A DNA stretch of 64,000 bases from Camelus ferus (taxonomy: Eukaryota). How positions within the stretch are numbered: position 1 is the first letter of the stretch; each line of letters begins with the position of its first letter. This document shows positions 23,126-38,270 of the stretch, in pieces. Below the pieces are notes generated by a model. It did not search any database and was not told the DNA's origin. It saw only the letters and a program-made list of their open reading frames with translations. The stretch spans positions 13,022,001-13,086,000 of the forward strand of contig NC_045698.1 in the NCBI RefSeq assembly GCF_009834535.1. Direction: 5' to 3'. The position numbers and the translations under genes are program-made.

Positions 23126-23949
23126 GAGGAATGCCACACACTCTATCAAAACAGAGCAAACTGCCCACTTTGTGAGAAGTCAAGAGCCTGAAAGCAGGAG
23201 CAGATTATCCTGCCCTATTTCCATGGCTCGTGTGAAACAGAATCCAAGAAGCAGATAAACCAAGCATCAGGAGAACAGAAAGAAAGATCACCCACCATTC
23301 TTTTAAGAGACAGAAATCTTAAGGCTGGGATCCAAACTCAAGGACCATAACTCGCAAGTTATCTTTTTAATCTTCCTTACTGAAACATGAAGTCTCAAGT
23401 ATATAAAATGCTAGTCAACCCATTTGGGTTTTAATTACCAAAGGGAAAAGCACTGAAGATGTGAGACAGAGTTGCTGGTGATATTCCAACCCCTAGGGCA
23501 ATTCTTAGGCCTCCAAACCACTCCAAAAGTAAGTGGGATGTTTTACTGGTTCTGAGTCTGGGAAGGAAATTCTTGCCAAAGTCACTCTGAGATGTGAGAA
23601 TAGAAGTCAATAAAAAGGAAAGTGGAATTTCTCTCCCAAGTTCCCTCATCCCTTTTCCTGTACTTCCTGTGTGCGGTAGGGAGGTGGGCTCTCGCTCCAC
23701 TGATGGAAATTTTTAGACCAATGGCCACAGAGAGAATTTACCCTTTCCTTGTTTTACATAAATGTGTTTATTAAAGCAGTCTATCTTCCATTAATATTTC
23801 TATTTAGAATTGGGGGTGTTCATGACTTGGGATCATTAGCAGCCATACTTAACTATATTTTACAAATCTATTTAAAAACTATTTGCCCATAAATATTGAG
23901 GATGTCTGCTAATTGGATTTCTTTTAGATTATGGGTTTATGTAGAACTT

Positions 23950-24290
23950 TGTGGTCTTTTATTCATTTGTCCAGCAAACATTGGTCACCTCTTTTGTGCC
24001 AGGCACTGTTCTGGGCAACTCTGAATGTCAATGAACAAAATGAACATCTCTCTGAGTGGAGCTTCTTACACTCTATTGAGGTGATGTGGATAATAGACAA
24101 CAAACTTAGTAAATAACTAAAGCTTAAATATTAGAAATTGGAAAGTACTGGGAAAAATGGAAAAGAAATTGGAAAAAAACATGATAAGAAGACTGGAATG
24201 TTAAGTGTCCAGTACGTTTTTAAATAGCATGATCAGATTAGACCCCACTGGGCAGGTAACACTTGAGCAAACACTTAAAGGACCAGCCAT
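23950..24290 (-). mobile_element. L2 fragment
   Basis: attcatttgtccagcaaacatt...tgtgccaggcactgttctgggc...aggtaacacttgagcaaacacttaaagga. Confidence 0.8.
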
Positions 24291-27200
24291 GAAAGCAGGG
24301 CTGTCTGCTCCATTACCATGGCTGCAGTGACACCTTAGTGGAAACCCTACCAATGCTATTTCAGCATTTCAATTTTAGTTCTGAAGGGTTTCATAGGACT
24401 ATCTCTCTTAAGGTTGTTTGAAAAGCTGCTATTGTATTTCTCATGACACTTTAACAATGATGGGAAGAAATCTAAATTAGTGCCTTCATTTTTTTTTTGG
24501 AAGAGGAATGTATAATGTGTTGTATGGGAAACCAAAGGAATGATTTTATGTATCTTGACATAACTGAGCTTTGAAGATTTTCCACTATTGAAAAATATGT
24601 AGTTTTTGATAATGCAAAGTATAACTGAGATGTAGAAAACCCATCTGAAGGACCCATTATTTCTTAATTAATAAAAAGGGAGACTGGAATCCATTTGTCT
24701 GACTTTTGTATATTTATCAAAGTTAATGCTGTAGAAGTATTAATTAACATACTTATATACCAGACTTGAGTAAATTTGGCAGCTCACTACAGTTGACACT
24801 GGGCTTTTAGTTATTTAATGGGGCAATTGTAACTGGGAGTCCAGTTCCAATATTCTGGCATGGAGAGAGTGATGCTTCTGATCTAACTATACCAGGACAA
24901 ACAGAAATGACATATTCAGTGGAATGAAGGCTGTTGATGGCTTAGTTATGCCCTATAGGAAACAAATGCACGGGAATAGGGTATTATTGATAAACTCTGC
25001 ACTATATCCTCTATGGTTGCTTGTAGGTGTAAACTGCTTATATTCATACTGATATAAATTATTCGAATCCTCATTTGTTTGGAGAAGATGAGAAATGCTT
25101 GTAAATATTTGAGTGCTTTCCTCCTCCACCACCACCCAAAATTCTTGGGGATGTGAAACATATTTTTATCCCTTCAGTGAGAACCAATATCTATTTTCTG
25201 TATATGTTGATTTAGTTATGTGGATTAGCCAAGTTTGCATTACTCAAATGATGGTAAGATTATTCATATGCATAGCAAAATGGAGATAGATTATTAAGAT
25301 GAAAACAAAGGTAAGTGGTATTTCTGACTGTCGTTGTGTAAAACTCAAGCATCTGAAACTTCCATGGACTTTAATAAGTTTTTGCTTTCACTGTTTTAGA
25401 CACAGTACGTGTTTAAAACATAGATGGACAAGGCTGCCATGTTACACAACTTGATGGTGATGGGGAGCACCATAAAAATCATAGTAAATGCAAATGCATG
25501 ATGGAATTGTGCAGTTTACAACACATGTGACTATATGTGATGATCTATGTCCAACTTATTACCATAAGTGCATCTACACCCTCCTAAAGTTGTTCCAAAT
25601 TTTTGCTTTTGATTTCCATTGCCTTGGTTTACATCGTTGATTATAAATTGGAGAATTTTCATTTTAATTTTTGGCTTATAGTCAAAAGTGTCTTTTTTAT
25701 GAAAAAAAAAACTTTGGGCTTGTTATAATTTATATCCCTTCTACTGGTTTCAGAAATATTAGTAAGAATTTGACACACAAATAAGAAGAAAATTAGAATG
25801 CCTTGGTTACAAATTAAAACAATGTGTAGCCTGGATATTTTATCATTAGCTTCCTGACTGTTTAGACACAAATTGGGTAGTAAATAAATGAAAAGTGATT
25901 TCAAAAGGAAAAAGAAAGTTAAATGCAGTTAGGTACGTGTGTGCATGTTATTTTAACAGAAAATGTAATAGCCTATATTATTTTAAGTTTAAATTGGTCT
26001 TTAGATGGCAAAGTGCAGAAAAATTTAATTACCCACGTATAAGCAGAATGTAAATTACAAATTCATGGAAAAGAAACTGAAACGGTTTCACCCCATTCCC
26101 CACTCCACCCCTTGTGTAACCCTGGACATGCGTTTGTGCATGTCCGCAGAACACATGTGACAGATGGGGAGGCAAAAATTGATGAATGCTGGTAATAACA
26201 GAAATGGAAGGCCGTACTCCCTTGGGTTGCCCCCGCCTCCCTTAAGAACCCAGAATGAGTCATACTCATTGTATCTGTTTGCATTTGTAATTCCCTAGAT
26301 AAAATGTTGTAGTTCTGTCTTTCTTGCTATGGTGAAATCATGCAATAGCTGTGTGTATATATACTTGTATGTACATTATATATGATAAAATCTTTATATA
26401 TACATAATATTCTATTATACATATTATGAAACATTTATACAATTTTTTTACTTGCAAGAAAAGTCTGTTACCTAAATCCTGCAGCTAGCCTTGGGATTTC
26501 AGTCATAAAACCTAATTATTTCTTTCTGAATAATTATTTCTTTCCAAGCATATAGAGCACATTTGACCCTACCGTCATGCTTATATCACCAGATGGCTCA
26601 TAAATAAATCATTATAGGGTTCAAGATTCTGGGCTTTTAAATATTAGGTTATTTCATTTGCCCTACATTTTTACTTCTTGGGTGTGACTTTGAGAAGATA
26701 AACTCATGTAATATTAATGAAAGTTTAAAATTTATAAATCTCCGTTAAAAGTAACACAATGTACTGGATAAATTATTGTACATGTTACTCTTCAATAGAG
26801 ATCTTATACATTGTAATTTGAAATCACAGACATTAAAATAATTACATGCTTTATGAAAATATGTGGATTCTTATTTGAACGTTTTTGTCATTTTCTTTGC
26901 ATTTGTATTTCCTCATGTAAATCTCTATCTTGTACATAATTGAAAACTTGTAAAAAGTAGAATATAGAAAGACAATAAATTTTCATCACTTCTTCATTAT
27001 AATACATATTATTTCAAACACCAACACAGAGTTAATTTCTACAGACATCTTTACAAAGCTCTTTTGTACAGTAAGTAAATAATATATTCAATAAAAGTCT
27101 GATATTCTGCCAGATTTGTTTGTAACTCCTTAAATTCACATGTGATTTGCTTGACACTGAGGGTACTTTTTTCAAATCAGTGGAGCGGGGTTGTGTTCAA

Positions 27201-28339
27201 ATTATGTCTTGATTATTATTTTGGGTCTGTGACCTTTGGCAAATTAAATATTTCCTTTAGTTTATGCTTTTTCATATGTTAAATGGAAGTACTAAAACCT
27301 AAAGTCTGTGCTCTGAGTTTTAAACAAGTTCATTTATAAGGCTGGTATAGCACCCGTTGCATAGTTGTAAATATTTATTCCTTCCCTGCTGTCTCTATAA
27401 AGTAGGACTATTGGATTTAATTTACGGAGTTGTTGTTTATAATAAGATTATCTATAAAGGTAATTAAAACTGTGCCTTGTGCTAAATAAATGATACTTTC
27501 TCCTGCTCTTTCTTTTATATTTTCCGGGTAAAACCTCTCTCATTTTTAAAATTCAGCTAGGATACTGTTCCCTCCCACAAATTCTCCCTAGGTTAACATC
27601 TTTAGTTAAAGAATTACATATTCCTTTTTTTGTACTCACATAGAAGTGCACATGAATTTCTGTGAGAATATTAGGTATATTATACTATATGTATCTGTTT
27701 ATACATTCATATATATATATATATTCATTCATATATATGCTTTCACTTTAACATTTTATATAACATTTCTTTTTTTCCTTGTATTTGAATGTTCTCAGAA
27801 CTAGCCTTAATTCCTAGGTTTTAAATCCATTTCTCTTTCTTATTTCAGAGATGGATAGTATAATAGATTTTTTTCTCCTAAAAGAGTACTATGGAATCCA
27901 TAAGATCTTGATGTTCAACAAACATCTTTTTCTGTAAGACATATCAAATTGCACAATGTAAAATTTCCTGTGGTTAGCAATACAGAAAGTCTAGATATAA
28001 TCAAGTTATTCATCATAGTATTTCCTGAATTCACCCTATATTCTGATATAAAATAAGACACCATGGAGCTTATATACTAGTATATAAAATTTGCTTAGTC
28101 AAATTATCATATATGTGAAAGATAAGTACCACAAAGTAAAGGTATGTGATATTGTACCATGAAAAGGAGGACTTGATCTAATTAAGGCAGTATAAGGGAG
28201 CTTTTGAAGGAAGTGAGGACTGAACTAAGTTTGAAGCATTAGCAGTACTTTGTGAGATGGAATAGAAGAAAAGAGACTTTATAGGCAGATGTAACAGTTT
28301 GTACAAAATTCTGCAGTGGAGAAATAGATAACAAATACA

Positions 28340-30725
28340 GGGTGATGCTTGTATCTTCTGTTCTGGTGGGATGTGCTTGTTCTCTCAACCATCTTTCTCA
28401 GAGTGTGGGGGAGAGTTTCAGAGGCTTCAGCTTAGTTTTTTTCTAATGAGAAACTTCCATCCTACAGGCCAAAAACCAACATAGGAATTCTGCCAAATCC
28501 CCAGTAAGTCCATTCCAACAATTAATTGGCAGGGAGAGATATTGCCACTGGGGACATCCATAATCCCGGTAAACCACGTTGAGTGGACGAACATCAGGAC
28601 TTTATTACTTGTCCTCCGTATGTCCCCACTTTAATAGGGGGTTCGTGATGAGGCTGTGAATCCCGGAGAATCTATGTCACCTTCTATCCATGTTCGGTTG
28701 TCCTTAAAATATCTTTCCCCCTCTGTACTATTATTCTAGCTAGTCACCATAGATCCATTTGGGAAAAGACTGGGCCATTAGTACACATACTTGCTCTAGT
28801 GTTGCAGGGTCCTTTGCCCAGGGACATGACACTCCTTTACATAATGGGCTTTAGTTCTAAAAATTGGTCGAGGTTCAGAAACTAGGCAAAGGATCATAAC
28901 ATTACAATGGCAACTGTAATCAGCTTCCTGGTCATCTTTTCCACCTCTCCATTGCTACTGGGGTGCTCATTTCTATACAGAATCTCCCACCATCAGACCA
29001 CCTCCCAGTGATACGTTTCCCTACCACCAGTGGACCCTTATGACTTTAGGTACCTGGTGGACTTCCTGGCCTTACACAGAATAAAAACTCTATCATGTCC
29101 AAGTCCCTAAACCTTTTGACCATTTATTTCTTCTATTGTTGCCCATAATAGTTCAGACACTTCTTTTTAAACATTTTTTATTGATTTATAATCATTTTAC
29201 AATATTGTGTCAAGTTCCAGTGCAGAGCACAATTTTTCAGTTATACATTAACATATATATATATATTCATTGTCACATTTTCTTTCTCTGTGAACTACCA
29301 TAAGATCTTGTATATATTTCCCTGTGCTATAAAGTCAGACACTTTTATTTCACTAAGTTTTGGTTATCACTTTCTTTAAGCTTCTTCAACCCATCCTGGT
29401 AGCATATTTACTCTATCTCTCAGGGTTCTCGTCAAGATTTTAGATGCTGCATCCCAGAAGAATGTTATTGATTCGGTAAACTCTTTCTTGTCCAACTTTA
29501 CTTTCCACCCCTAATTGATCCAGCACCCTTAAGATTCAGTCCTGTACACACTAGCCAGTCTCCTCTGACACGTCTTGCTTAGGTCCTGTAGCTCCTTCTG
29601 CATATATTTTCTTTTTTCCCTAGAAATGTCTAGACCTTCTCAACCCCGGGTATGTCATGAACATATGAAGAAATGTGGGGGCAAATATTGAGGGAAGTCT
29701 TGTTTTCTTGCAAGGAAGTGTCTTCTGCATCATTTTCAGAGACAAGAGCACTCACTATCCCTCAGTAGGTGGGTTTGGTGGATGCACGGTTTTCAAGGGC
29801 ATTCATTCTGACATCACCAAACTCTGTACGAGGGTCCCAGTCTTTCTATCACAGTCTTGCCTTCAACATAGTGCACCTGCCTAGTTTGAGAATTTGTCCT
29901 TATTTAGAGCTTTTATGGTTAACTTCTATGGCTTTTCTTTAGCTTTCTTTGCTTTCCAGCTTCAGAAGATGAGATATGCTGAAAGGAGGACCTCTGATTT
30001 TCACACTTGTCTTTATCAAAGCATAATTAATCACCCTGAACACGAACCGTCCAATTCCACTGTATTATGCTTACTCTTTCCACTCTATTTGTCACTACAG
30101 TTACTAGGGCAATTCAGCCACAGGTATACAACCCCAGTTCACCACTAATAAAAGCTGAACAGTTACACTTCAGTCTGCCAGGGACTCGTGCTCCACATGT
30201 GACCAGTGATGAGGTCCTCATTGCCAGCTGGGTAGTGCCAATGCTGAGTAATCCAGCTCTAATATCCCATTGTAACATCTACTTTCTTGGACCGAATCTG
30301 GTACAAACTATTGCAGGTCAGACTCCCTTGAGACGTGGATTACTGAGTACAGGAAACTTATGCGGTAGTATTCTCAGCTTTAATACTTCTTGAGGAAAGG
30401 AAAGAAAGCAGGGTGTGGCAGAAGGAGAATTAAGACTTCAATGCCATCACAATAAAGTCGTGCATCACCCACAGTAAACTCCAAAATTGGATTCACCCTT
30501 TACAGGGCTCTGGAGTTTGGGAGAAGGGACAAGGCTTTACTGTCTCACACTGGCTGATCATTACAAGTGGGCTGCCCCCTGGAGGAAGGAATAAGCTTGG
30601 GCGTGACACCCTTTTCAACAGAGGGCAAGTCCTGGAGAAGAGGGACAGCTGAGGACAGTCTGCAGCAGCAGTCCCAGTGTCTGAAGTGGTAGTCCTTCAG
30701 TCCTGAAGAAGGATCTGTGCAGTGT
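28340..30725 (-). mobile_element. ERVL provirus relic: LTR16-type 5' LTR (about 30310-30725) plus decayed gag-region internal sequence
   Basis: Antisense LTR (gagacgtggattactgagtacagg...gcagggtgtggcagaaggagaa), PBS-like gtttgtaccagattcggtccaagaa at about 30283-30308, and ERVL gag-like DNA downstream. Confidence 0.75.
29163..29334 (-). mobile_element. Young 5'-truncated L1 3' end with TSD, nested in the ERVL
   Basis: tttttattgatttataatcattttacaatattgtgtcaagttccagtg...atttccctgtgctata. TSD tcagacactt at 29153-29162 and 29335-29344. Confidence 0.9.
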
Positions 30726-33079
30726 AGCTAAGAGACAATAGCTCAGGACACACTGTAAGAGGATAATGGAACCAAATGATGAGCTCAGCCTCTACCGGTC
30801 CAGAAGCAAGAATATTCATTACATCTGGACCAATATTTTTCACTAGATTAAAAGTAAAAGTAAAGAGTATTTGGGTATGTATTCATTTTTCTTATATCTA
30901 AATCTCATAGTGCCGTATTCAACAAATTGTTTTATTGATTTCACATTAAATCAAATTATAATATCCTCAAACTATCGTATATGTGTAATGTACACAATAC
31001 ATACTATATATGCAATACAAAATATTATATAATTCAAAACATCATGTGGGTAAGTTGACCCTGCCTGTTGCAGTAAATATTTTGCAACTCAAATTTGGCA
31101 AAACAGATGAGCAATAAATGGAGGATTTTATGAGTCTTATTATTGCCTGATAATATCTCAAATTGAAAGAAAAACAAAACAAAATTATTAAGTAATTACA
31201 GGAAAAGAGATTGATCTCTTTTCATATCTCTTGTCAAAGAAAAAGGAAAATGAAAGAAGAAAACTGTTTTTTCTTTCTTTAAGATTTTTGCAGTGGGAAT
31301 AAACAGAGACTTTCTGGCTCTATATAAGATATCACCTTCTTATAATCCAACTATTATAAAATATTCTGATAGTATACAAAGAGAATGATTTTAATTAAGT
31401 TCTTCAGCTGAATTTGTTGCTTTGGATCCTAGGAGATTGGAAAAAGAACTTGAATCTTAAGGCTCTATCGTAATTGAATGTTGACCTTCGCAAAGAGAAT
31501 GAAGGTGAAATGTGGTTCATATTCTTTCATCAAAATTGAAAAATCAAATTTGCCTCTCCTCTCTAGAGTAGCATGAAATTCTATAAAATAGACACAAGAA
31601 GTCAAGCAGAACTGGAACCTAGTATTTCATTACACTAACCAATGCAAAGTAAGATTATATTTAAGGATCAAAAGCAGAAGAAGGCGTGCATGGCTGCTGT
31701 CTGTGGATGATCAGTTGCTGAGAGCACTGAAGATGACTTGAGATTGCTGTGTGAACGTGGCCGGGAAATGCTAGGAACGTACATTTTACCATGGCTAGAT
31801 ATATGTCTGAAATTTTTTTCAGAAATGTGAGTTTATATTCAGAATTCATATTTTTATCTCTACACATATTTCTATTTTAGAAATAAAGTTAGGTAGGTTT
31901 TGGAATGGTGACAGTTCAATGTATTATTCTTCGGCTAGAGACTATGTGTTGTTCAAATAGATTCTGCTACCTAAACTACGAAAATGCATTGGCAAGCCAT
32001 GGCAGGAACATGGCAAAGAGATGGAATGGGAGAGTGGAGACCATCTGAAGCCTGAACGTAGATATAACCTCAAGTGGAATTTCCTGTTGAATTTAGAGAT
32101 GGTTCATTGCTTCAGCCTGTATATTGTTTATGTGAAACTGGAGCTAAATAAACCAGTCCACGACCTGATTTATCTGCCAAGTGGATTGAGCATTTATTCT
32201 CTCTGCCTCAAAAGCTGGTCATTTCAGTAGAGCCTTGCAGATGGTACATCCACTTCCCCGAAACTGAGCCACTTTAGGGCAGCTTGCCAACCTTTCCTGT
32301 TATTTAAAGTTCACCCTCAAAGTACACACAGCCACGTGTCCCTTTCTCAGCCAATACGCCGCAGTATCGATGTGCTGTCTATTTGTCTTTCAGGCCACCA
32401 GAGCAGAGTTGGAGGCTTCGTCACCAACCATTTCTCTGAAGCTCACTATGAGAAAATTACAGGGTCAAGAAATCTACTTATATTTTTGAGAAATGACTTT
32501 ATACCAGAAACCGAGAGAATATTTGTGAACGCATTTGACAGTAAATATAGGATGAGAGTTTGTTGACATTTTTCTAAAATAGTGTATATGTTCAAGTGCA
32601 ACATTAAAAAAGTAGCTTTTGCTTCACCCAGATGCTTTGAGGTGGAATACTATTTTTTTATTATAAAACAGAGCTATGTTTCCTAAAACATAAGCAAGTA
32701 AGGCGTATTTGCACTGATGTCAAACACTTGAAAGCATTTGGTGCTTTGATGATATTTTATTTTATTATATGGAGAGTGAGAATATATTGTGTAGAGTAGA
32801 ACACGACTGCTTTTTTAAGTAGAGGAAGAAATTTATGTGATATTCGAGAACGTAAGTCTAATTACATTTATATGGTTCTCATTTTCAAAACCTCCAACTC
32901 TTGAAATTCTAAAGTCAGTGTTTCATTCCTATATTGAAATGAGTAATATTTTTTGCTGAAATATTATCAAATATGTATTTCTATAGTTTAGGAATGAGTA
33001 CTTTTCTCAAGCTGCTTCAATGCGAGTAACTTGGTATTAACAAATACTTTGAAAAGGTATTTAAATATGAGATACTCAT

Positions 33080-35080
33080 ATCAGGGAGCTAGGTTGGGCC
33101 ATCAATATAAAGGACCAGATAGTGACCAGACAGCCTACTACTGGAAATATTAAAGCTTATTGTTCACTGGTATAATGATAGCAACAAGAAAATGAGTTTA
33201 ACTACTGAATAAATTTAATCAGCCTCCAAAGGTATCAGCCTGACAGAATAGTACTCCTTTCTACATGTAAATACTATGTATTCAACTCTCATCTATTCAT
33301 GATGACTAGTAGTCAGTCAAAATTTATGAGACACATAGAAAAGCAGAACAAATGGCCCTTTCTCAAAGCATATAGGAAATGGCATAACAAGATTCAGAAA
33401 AGATACAGATATTGAAGCTATTAGGGGGATTTTTAAAATAGCAACCATTGATATGTTAAAGGATCTAGTAGAAATGGTAGACAGCATGCACACATGGATG
33501 GTGAATTTCAGCCAGGACAGGAAACGCTAAAAATGCTAGAACAAAAAGATATAATATCAGAGATGAAAAATTCCTTTAAAAAGCTTTAAAAAATGCTGAA
33601 CTTGAAAATAGTTCACTAGAAATTATCCAAAATCAAGTGCTGAGGAAGAAAATGAAAAACCAGTAAAACATACAAAATATATGAGACGATATTAACATTT
33701 CTAATGTGGAAGTAACTGAAGTCCAAGAAAAATAAGGGAGAAAGAATGTATGAGAAGAACAAGGGAGGCTTTGAAGAAATAATGACACGGACTTTCCACA
33801 ATTAGTGAAAGACAACAACTAAAGGTCCAACAACCTGAGGAAACCCCAAGCAATATGTGCAAAAACTTAACGTTAATCCAATTTACATCTTGTACAAAAA
33901 CCAATAACTCAGAATACATTATAGCTCTAAATGTACAGTCTGAAGCTATGCAACATACAAAATGAAATTATTATGACTAAATAATAAGAAAAGTATCCCA
34001 TTTTAAAAAAGGAGCAGAGAATTTGAGCATACTCTCTCCTAAGATATGAATGAAAAATAAACACACAAAGTAATGCTCAACATTATTAGCCATTAGGAAA
34101 ATATAAACCCTATCAAATAGCATACACATACACTAAAACCACCACAATTAAGAAATCAGATCACAAAAAGGCTGGCCAGCAGGCAAAACAACTGGAACTC
34201 TCTCAACTTGAAAATATAAAATAATACATCTACTTTGGAAAACAGCTTGTCAATTTCTCATGAATTTAAACCTTCACCCTATTGTATGACCTTAAAATAT
34301 CTCTTCTAGCTATTTATCCAAGAGAAATGAAAACAAATGTCCACACAAAAATCTGCATGCAACTCAGTATCGGAACTTTATTATTGTGTATGGGAGCCCA
34401 AGCTGAAGACAACTTAAGTGACCATCAGCTATTGAGTGGATCAACAAATCATGGCACCTCTGTGCATTGGAATGCTCAGCAATTAAAAAAAATAATGAAC
34501 TACAGGTAGATATATGCAACAGCAGGGATGAGTCTCAAAAGATTACTGCTAAGTAAAAGAATACTTAAAATATACACACTGAACAATTCCATTTACACAG
34601 CATTAAAGAAAGACAAAACAGTAGAAGCAGAAATCAGACAACTCTTTTCCAGGAGCTAAGGTTGGGAGTAGGAGAACGACTGAAAGAGGCACCAGGAATC
34701 TTTTTGTGATGATGGAAATGTTCTGTAACTTAATGGTGGTAGTAGTTACGTAACTGTATATATTTGTCAAAACTTGTCAAATTATACATTTAAAAGGAAA
34801 GGAGTTGACTGTATTTAAGTTGTAACTCAATACACTGGACTTAATAAGTGAACCGAGTGAATATTTATGGCTTTCATTCTGAGCAAAATTGTAATGTACT
34901 TCCAATGTAGTTGCACTGAACCTTATTTGTAAGACAGAAAAAATAATAATCTACATCAGTTACACAATAATAGCTACTTATAGAGGAGGAGGTAAGGGGT
35001 CTAAAGAAGAAAACTTAGAGCACTTAAATTTTCTATGACATTTTATTTACCAAGAAAACATCAGCAAGAAATGTACTAAA
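33080..35080 (+). mobile_element. Old L1 (L1MC/MD-like): ORF1-region and 3'-end fragments
   Basis: atatgttaaaggatctagtagaaatggtagacagcatg; tatttatccaagagaaatgaaaacaaatgtccacacaaaa; gatgatggaaatgttctgtaacttaatggtggtagtagttac. Confidence 0.85.
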
Positions 35081-35588
35081 TTTGTAATTTTTTGACTACA
35101 GATAAATGTATTAGATGATTCACTACACTTCTTCCTACTGTATTTTCTTTTTCCCAAGAAATGAAGTGGAATTTAGTTTGGTCTTGTGACCAGGAAGATT
35201 CTAACAATATGATCTCTTTTCTGATAGATTGGACACAAAATAGAAGTAAAACAAAACAACAAAGAATATATTTCTGGTTTTGAGCCTCATTCTCTTTTTC
35301 CCAGATGTGCTTTATTTTAGCTTAGATTTAACTAAACTTTTTTAAAAAGAGGAGCAAATAATGATACATACTGACCACCTGCTCACAAACCTGTTTCCTT
35401 TGCTGCCTGGCTACACATCTGTGTTATATGTTCCAGTCTCCATAGATGTGGATGTATTCACGTAATGATTTTCCAGAACCGCAGGGGTTCACACTACTAA
35501 GCCTAGTCCATGTAGACATCTCTGAGTTCTCATCTTCTATGCTATTTTACCCTCTTCCATATTAATTTAGCCAAGCTCTGTGACCTTG

Positions 35589-36062
35589 TGTACAGGGTTG
35601 AATAACATACCTCAAAATTTATGTCCATCCACAACCTGTTAACATGACCTTATTTGGAAATAAGGTCTTTGCCGATGTAAACAAGTTAAGATGACATCCT
35701 AGTGGATAACGGTGGTCCATTAGTCCAACAGAACTGGTGTCTTTATGTAAGGACTGTAATTCTTATAAGAAGAGGGAAATTTGGACACAAACATATACAG
35801 GGAGAATAGCATGTGATGACAGAGGCAGAGATTGGAGCAGCGTACTTACAGACAAAGAACTCCTAAGACTGCAAGGAACCACCCAAAGGTAGAAAGGGGC
35901 AAGGAAAGATCCTTCCTTAGAGTTTTCAGAGAGAAAGCAATGGCCTTGCCAATACCTTGGTTTGAGACTTCTAACCTCTAGAAATTTGAGGGAATAAACT
36001 GAGGTTGCTTCAAAGCCACCCAGTGTGTGGTAATCTGTTACCGCAGCCTTGGGGAACGAATG
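35589..36062 (+). mobile_element. MLT1C-like LTR nested in an older MLT1 LTR (about 35360-36270)
   Basis: gggttgaataa...gaccttatttggaaataaggtctttgccgatgtaa...gacagaggcagagattggagc...tgtggtaatctgttaccgcagcc. Confidence 0.88.
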
Positions 36063-37479
36063 TATTTTGGGAACTACATGTTAAAGACAGCAGCCCCAAA
36101 AGACATAAGGAAACTGGGCCTTCAAATTAGTGCTTCCAAGACAGCAGATCCTAATAAGAAACTACATTTTAGATTTCATGTATGTAGAGGAGAAATGGAA
36201 TTTACTGTTAAGCTACTGAAATTGGTGGCTTTGTTTGTTTGTTTCAGGAGCTACTGCAGGTCTAAATAATATGTTTAAGCTCAGGAAAAGACAGTGCTAT
36301 GGAAATCAACGTCATTCTCCGTGAGAATATGTTCCCTCCCCACCCCAATTATCCCAATAGGCAGGTAAGCTGAGGGCATGAATATTTCCCGGCACCAAAC
36401 ATTCCTTAATTCCTATTTGAAAGTCAACAAAATATACAATTTTTAAAAAAATCTTATCTTAAATCTCCATATGCTAAAAGCTTGGAATAGTTCTGTTAAA
36501 TACATCTATAAGTCTTGGATTGAAGGAAATAGTTGATCTGTGCATGCGAGAAAAAGAGAAACAGACAGACGGAGAGATTCAGATAATGTGGCGGGATCCT
36601 TGTAGATTTCTCAAGACACAGTCATCTCCTGGTTACACCCTCCACATCCTCTAACTCAGAAGAACAAGGGCTGCTCTGGGTTACGGGGCTGGGGGCTGGG
36701 AGCAGTGGCATAAAGACAGACCGAGAAGCCCACCTCTTAGTCTACCCGAAGGGTTTACAAATCAATGGCGTGAGTAATGCGTCTGCAGTTTTGACAGAGC
36801 CATACATTTCCTCCTAAGCACACAAAATGCAGAAATATCATCACCCAGCTTCTTTCAATCAGAAATGAAATTAACCTTCATGAAAAATGTGGATAGAAAA
36901 CTGTACACTTGCTAATAATACCCGACTGAACCTCCGGAGAACTAGAGTTTGGCACTGAGGATCATTGCACTTTTTAAGACAAATAGGAGAACAATGGCAG
37001 CACAACATAGGGTTCATGCTCTTGTTCAATCAAAACTAGCAGGGGACGTGGTCAGGTTCGAATTAGGTGATACCGAAGCAACCCCCTTACGTATGTGCTG
37101 TGTGTTTTGCTGTCTCCTCCTCTCCTAAATAATTGCACATGTGTGTGTGCTGTGACTGTTAACTTATATCTGGAAAATAAACAGAGAATAAAGTTTAAAA
37201 TAACCTGAAGCATATCATATCCAGAAGTTATTTTAATTCCCACAGACCCTTTATCAATTTTAGGATTAATAGGCAAAGATCACTCAAATTTTTATCAAAG
37301 CCCTTCAAGCAATATTATCAGTGTATTAATGTCATTAAATATTGCAAAAGTCATTCAAAACTTTTGGGCTGAAATTGCTGATAATTATATGCTATTCATA
37401 AGGCTCTCTCTGAGACAGGGACCCAAATCATACCTTCAACAGCTCTTTATAATGAACCATGAATCTTCTGATAGCTAAA

Positions 37480-38270
37480 TATAAGACATTAGTCATCTTT
37501 GTATGATCCTTCTCTCCTTACCTAAATCTTTTTAGCCATCACATTTACACTTTTCTACTTTCAACGTGTTTTTGTTTTGCTTTGATTTGTTTGGTTTGCA
37601 ATGATTTTCTCTTCTCCACTTCTATGCTACCTTGAGGCTTCCTCTAATACACCTCGGTTCACTGAAATCATGTCCAACTGCCGACTTATCTTTACTACTG
37701 TTTCAGCTAAATTTTGTTCTATGGATTACAGTGCTGCGAGATCAATCTTCCTTAAGCAAAGTTCTAACCACTTCCATTGCCTATTTCATTAGATCTATAT
37801 TCCCATAGTCTTAATTTTCCAGAATCTTACATGTCCTGGCACCATCCACCTTCCCAGAATGACAACTGGCTGAACTTTCACATCATTTATGCAATCTATA
37901 CAAACTGGAGTTAAAAATTTTTCATTGGTAGTTTCTCCAATTTTCTAGCCCCTGAATTTTTGCCCATGTAAATACTCTTTTTCCCCCATCTGAAAGACTT
38001 CTCCTCCTTCACAAATTTACCTATCAAAACCCTATTTATTCTTTAAAAAGTAATTCAAATTTACTTCCTTCATGATATATACTTGGGTCTTTGCAATGCT
38101 GTTCGAATTATGCCTTGTACTTAATTACCAGTATACTTTTCCATCACCCTAGGAGTGTGTATTCCCTGTAAGCCTTGAATAGAAACTGTTTATATTTATG
38201 TATATCTTTCAGAAACTATCACAGAGTCAAGCATATGAAACTTTCCAAACAGTAACTATTTATTTGAATG
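37480..38270 (+). mobile_element. Degenerate L2
   Basis: Pyrimidine-rich L2-like blocks (gcgagatcaatcttccttaagcaaagttctaacc; aattcaaatttacttccttcatga). Confidence 0.5.

Noticed and set aside
29675..30393. Cluster of plus-strand ORFs
   Set aside because: Antisense to decayed ERVL gag; no intact gag frame.
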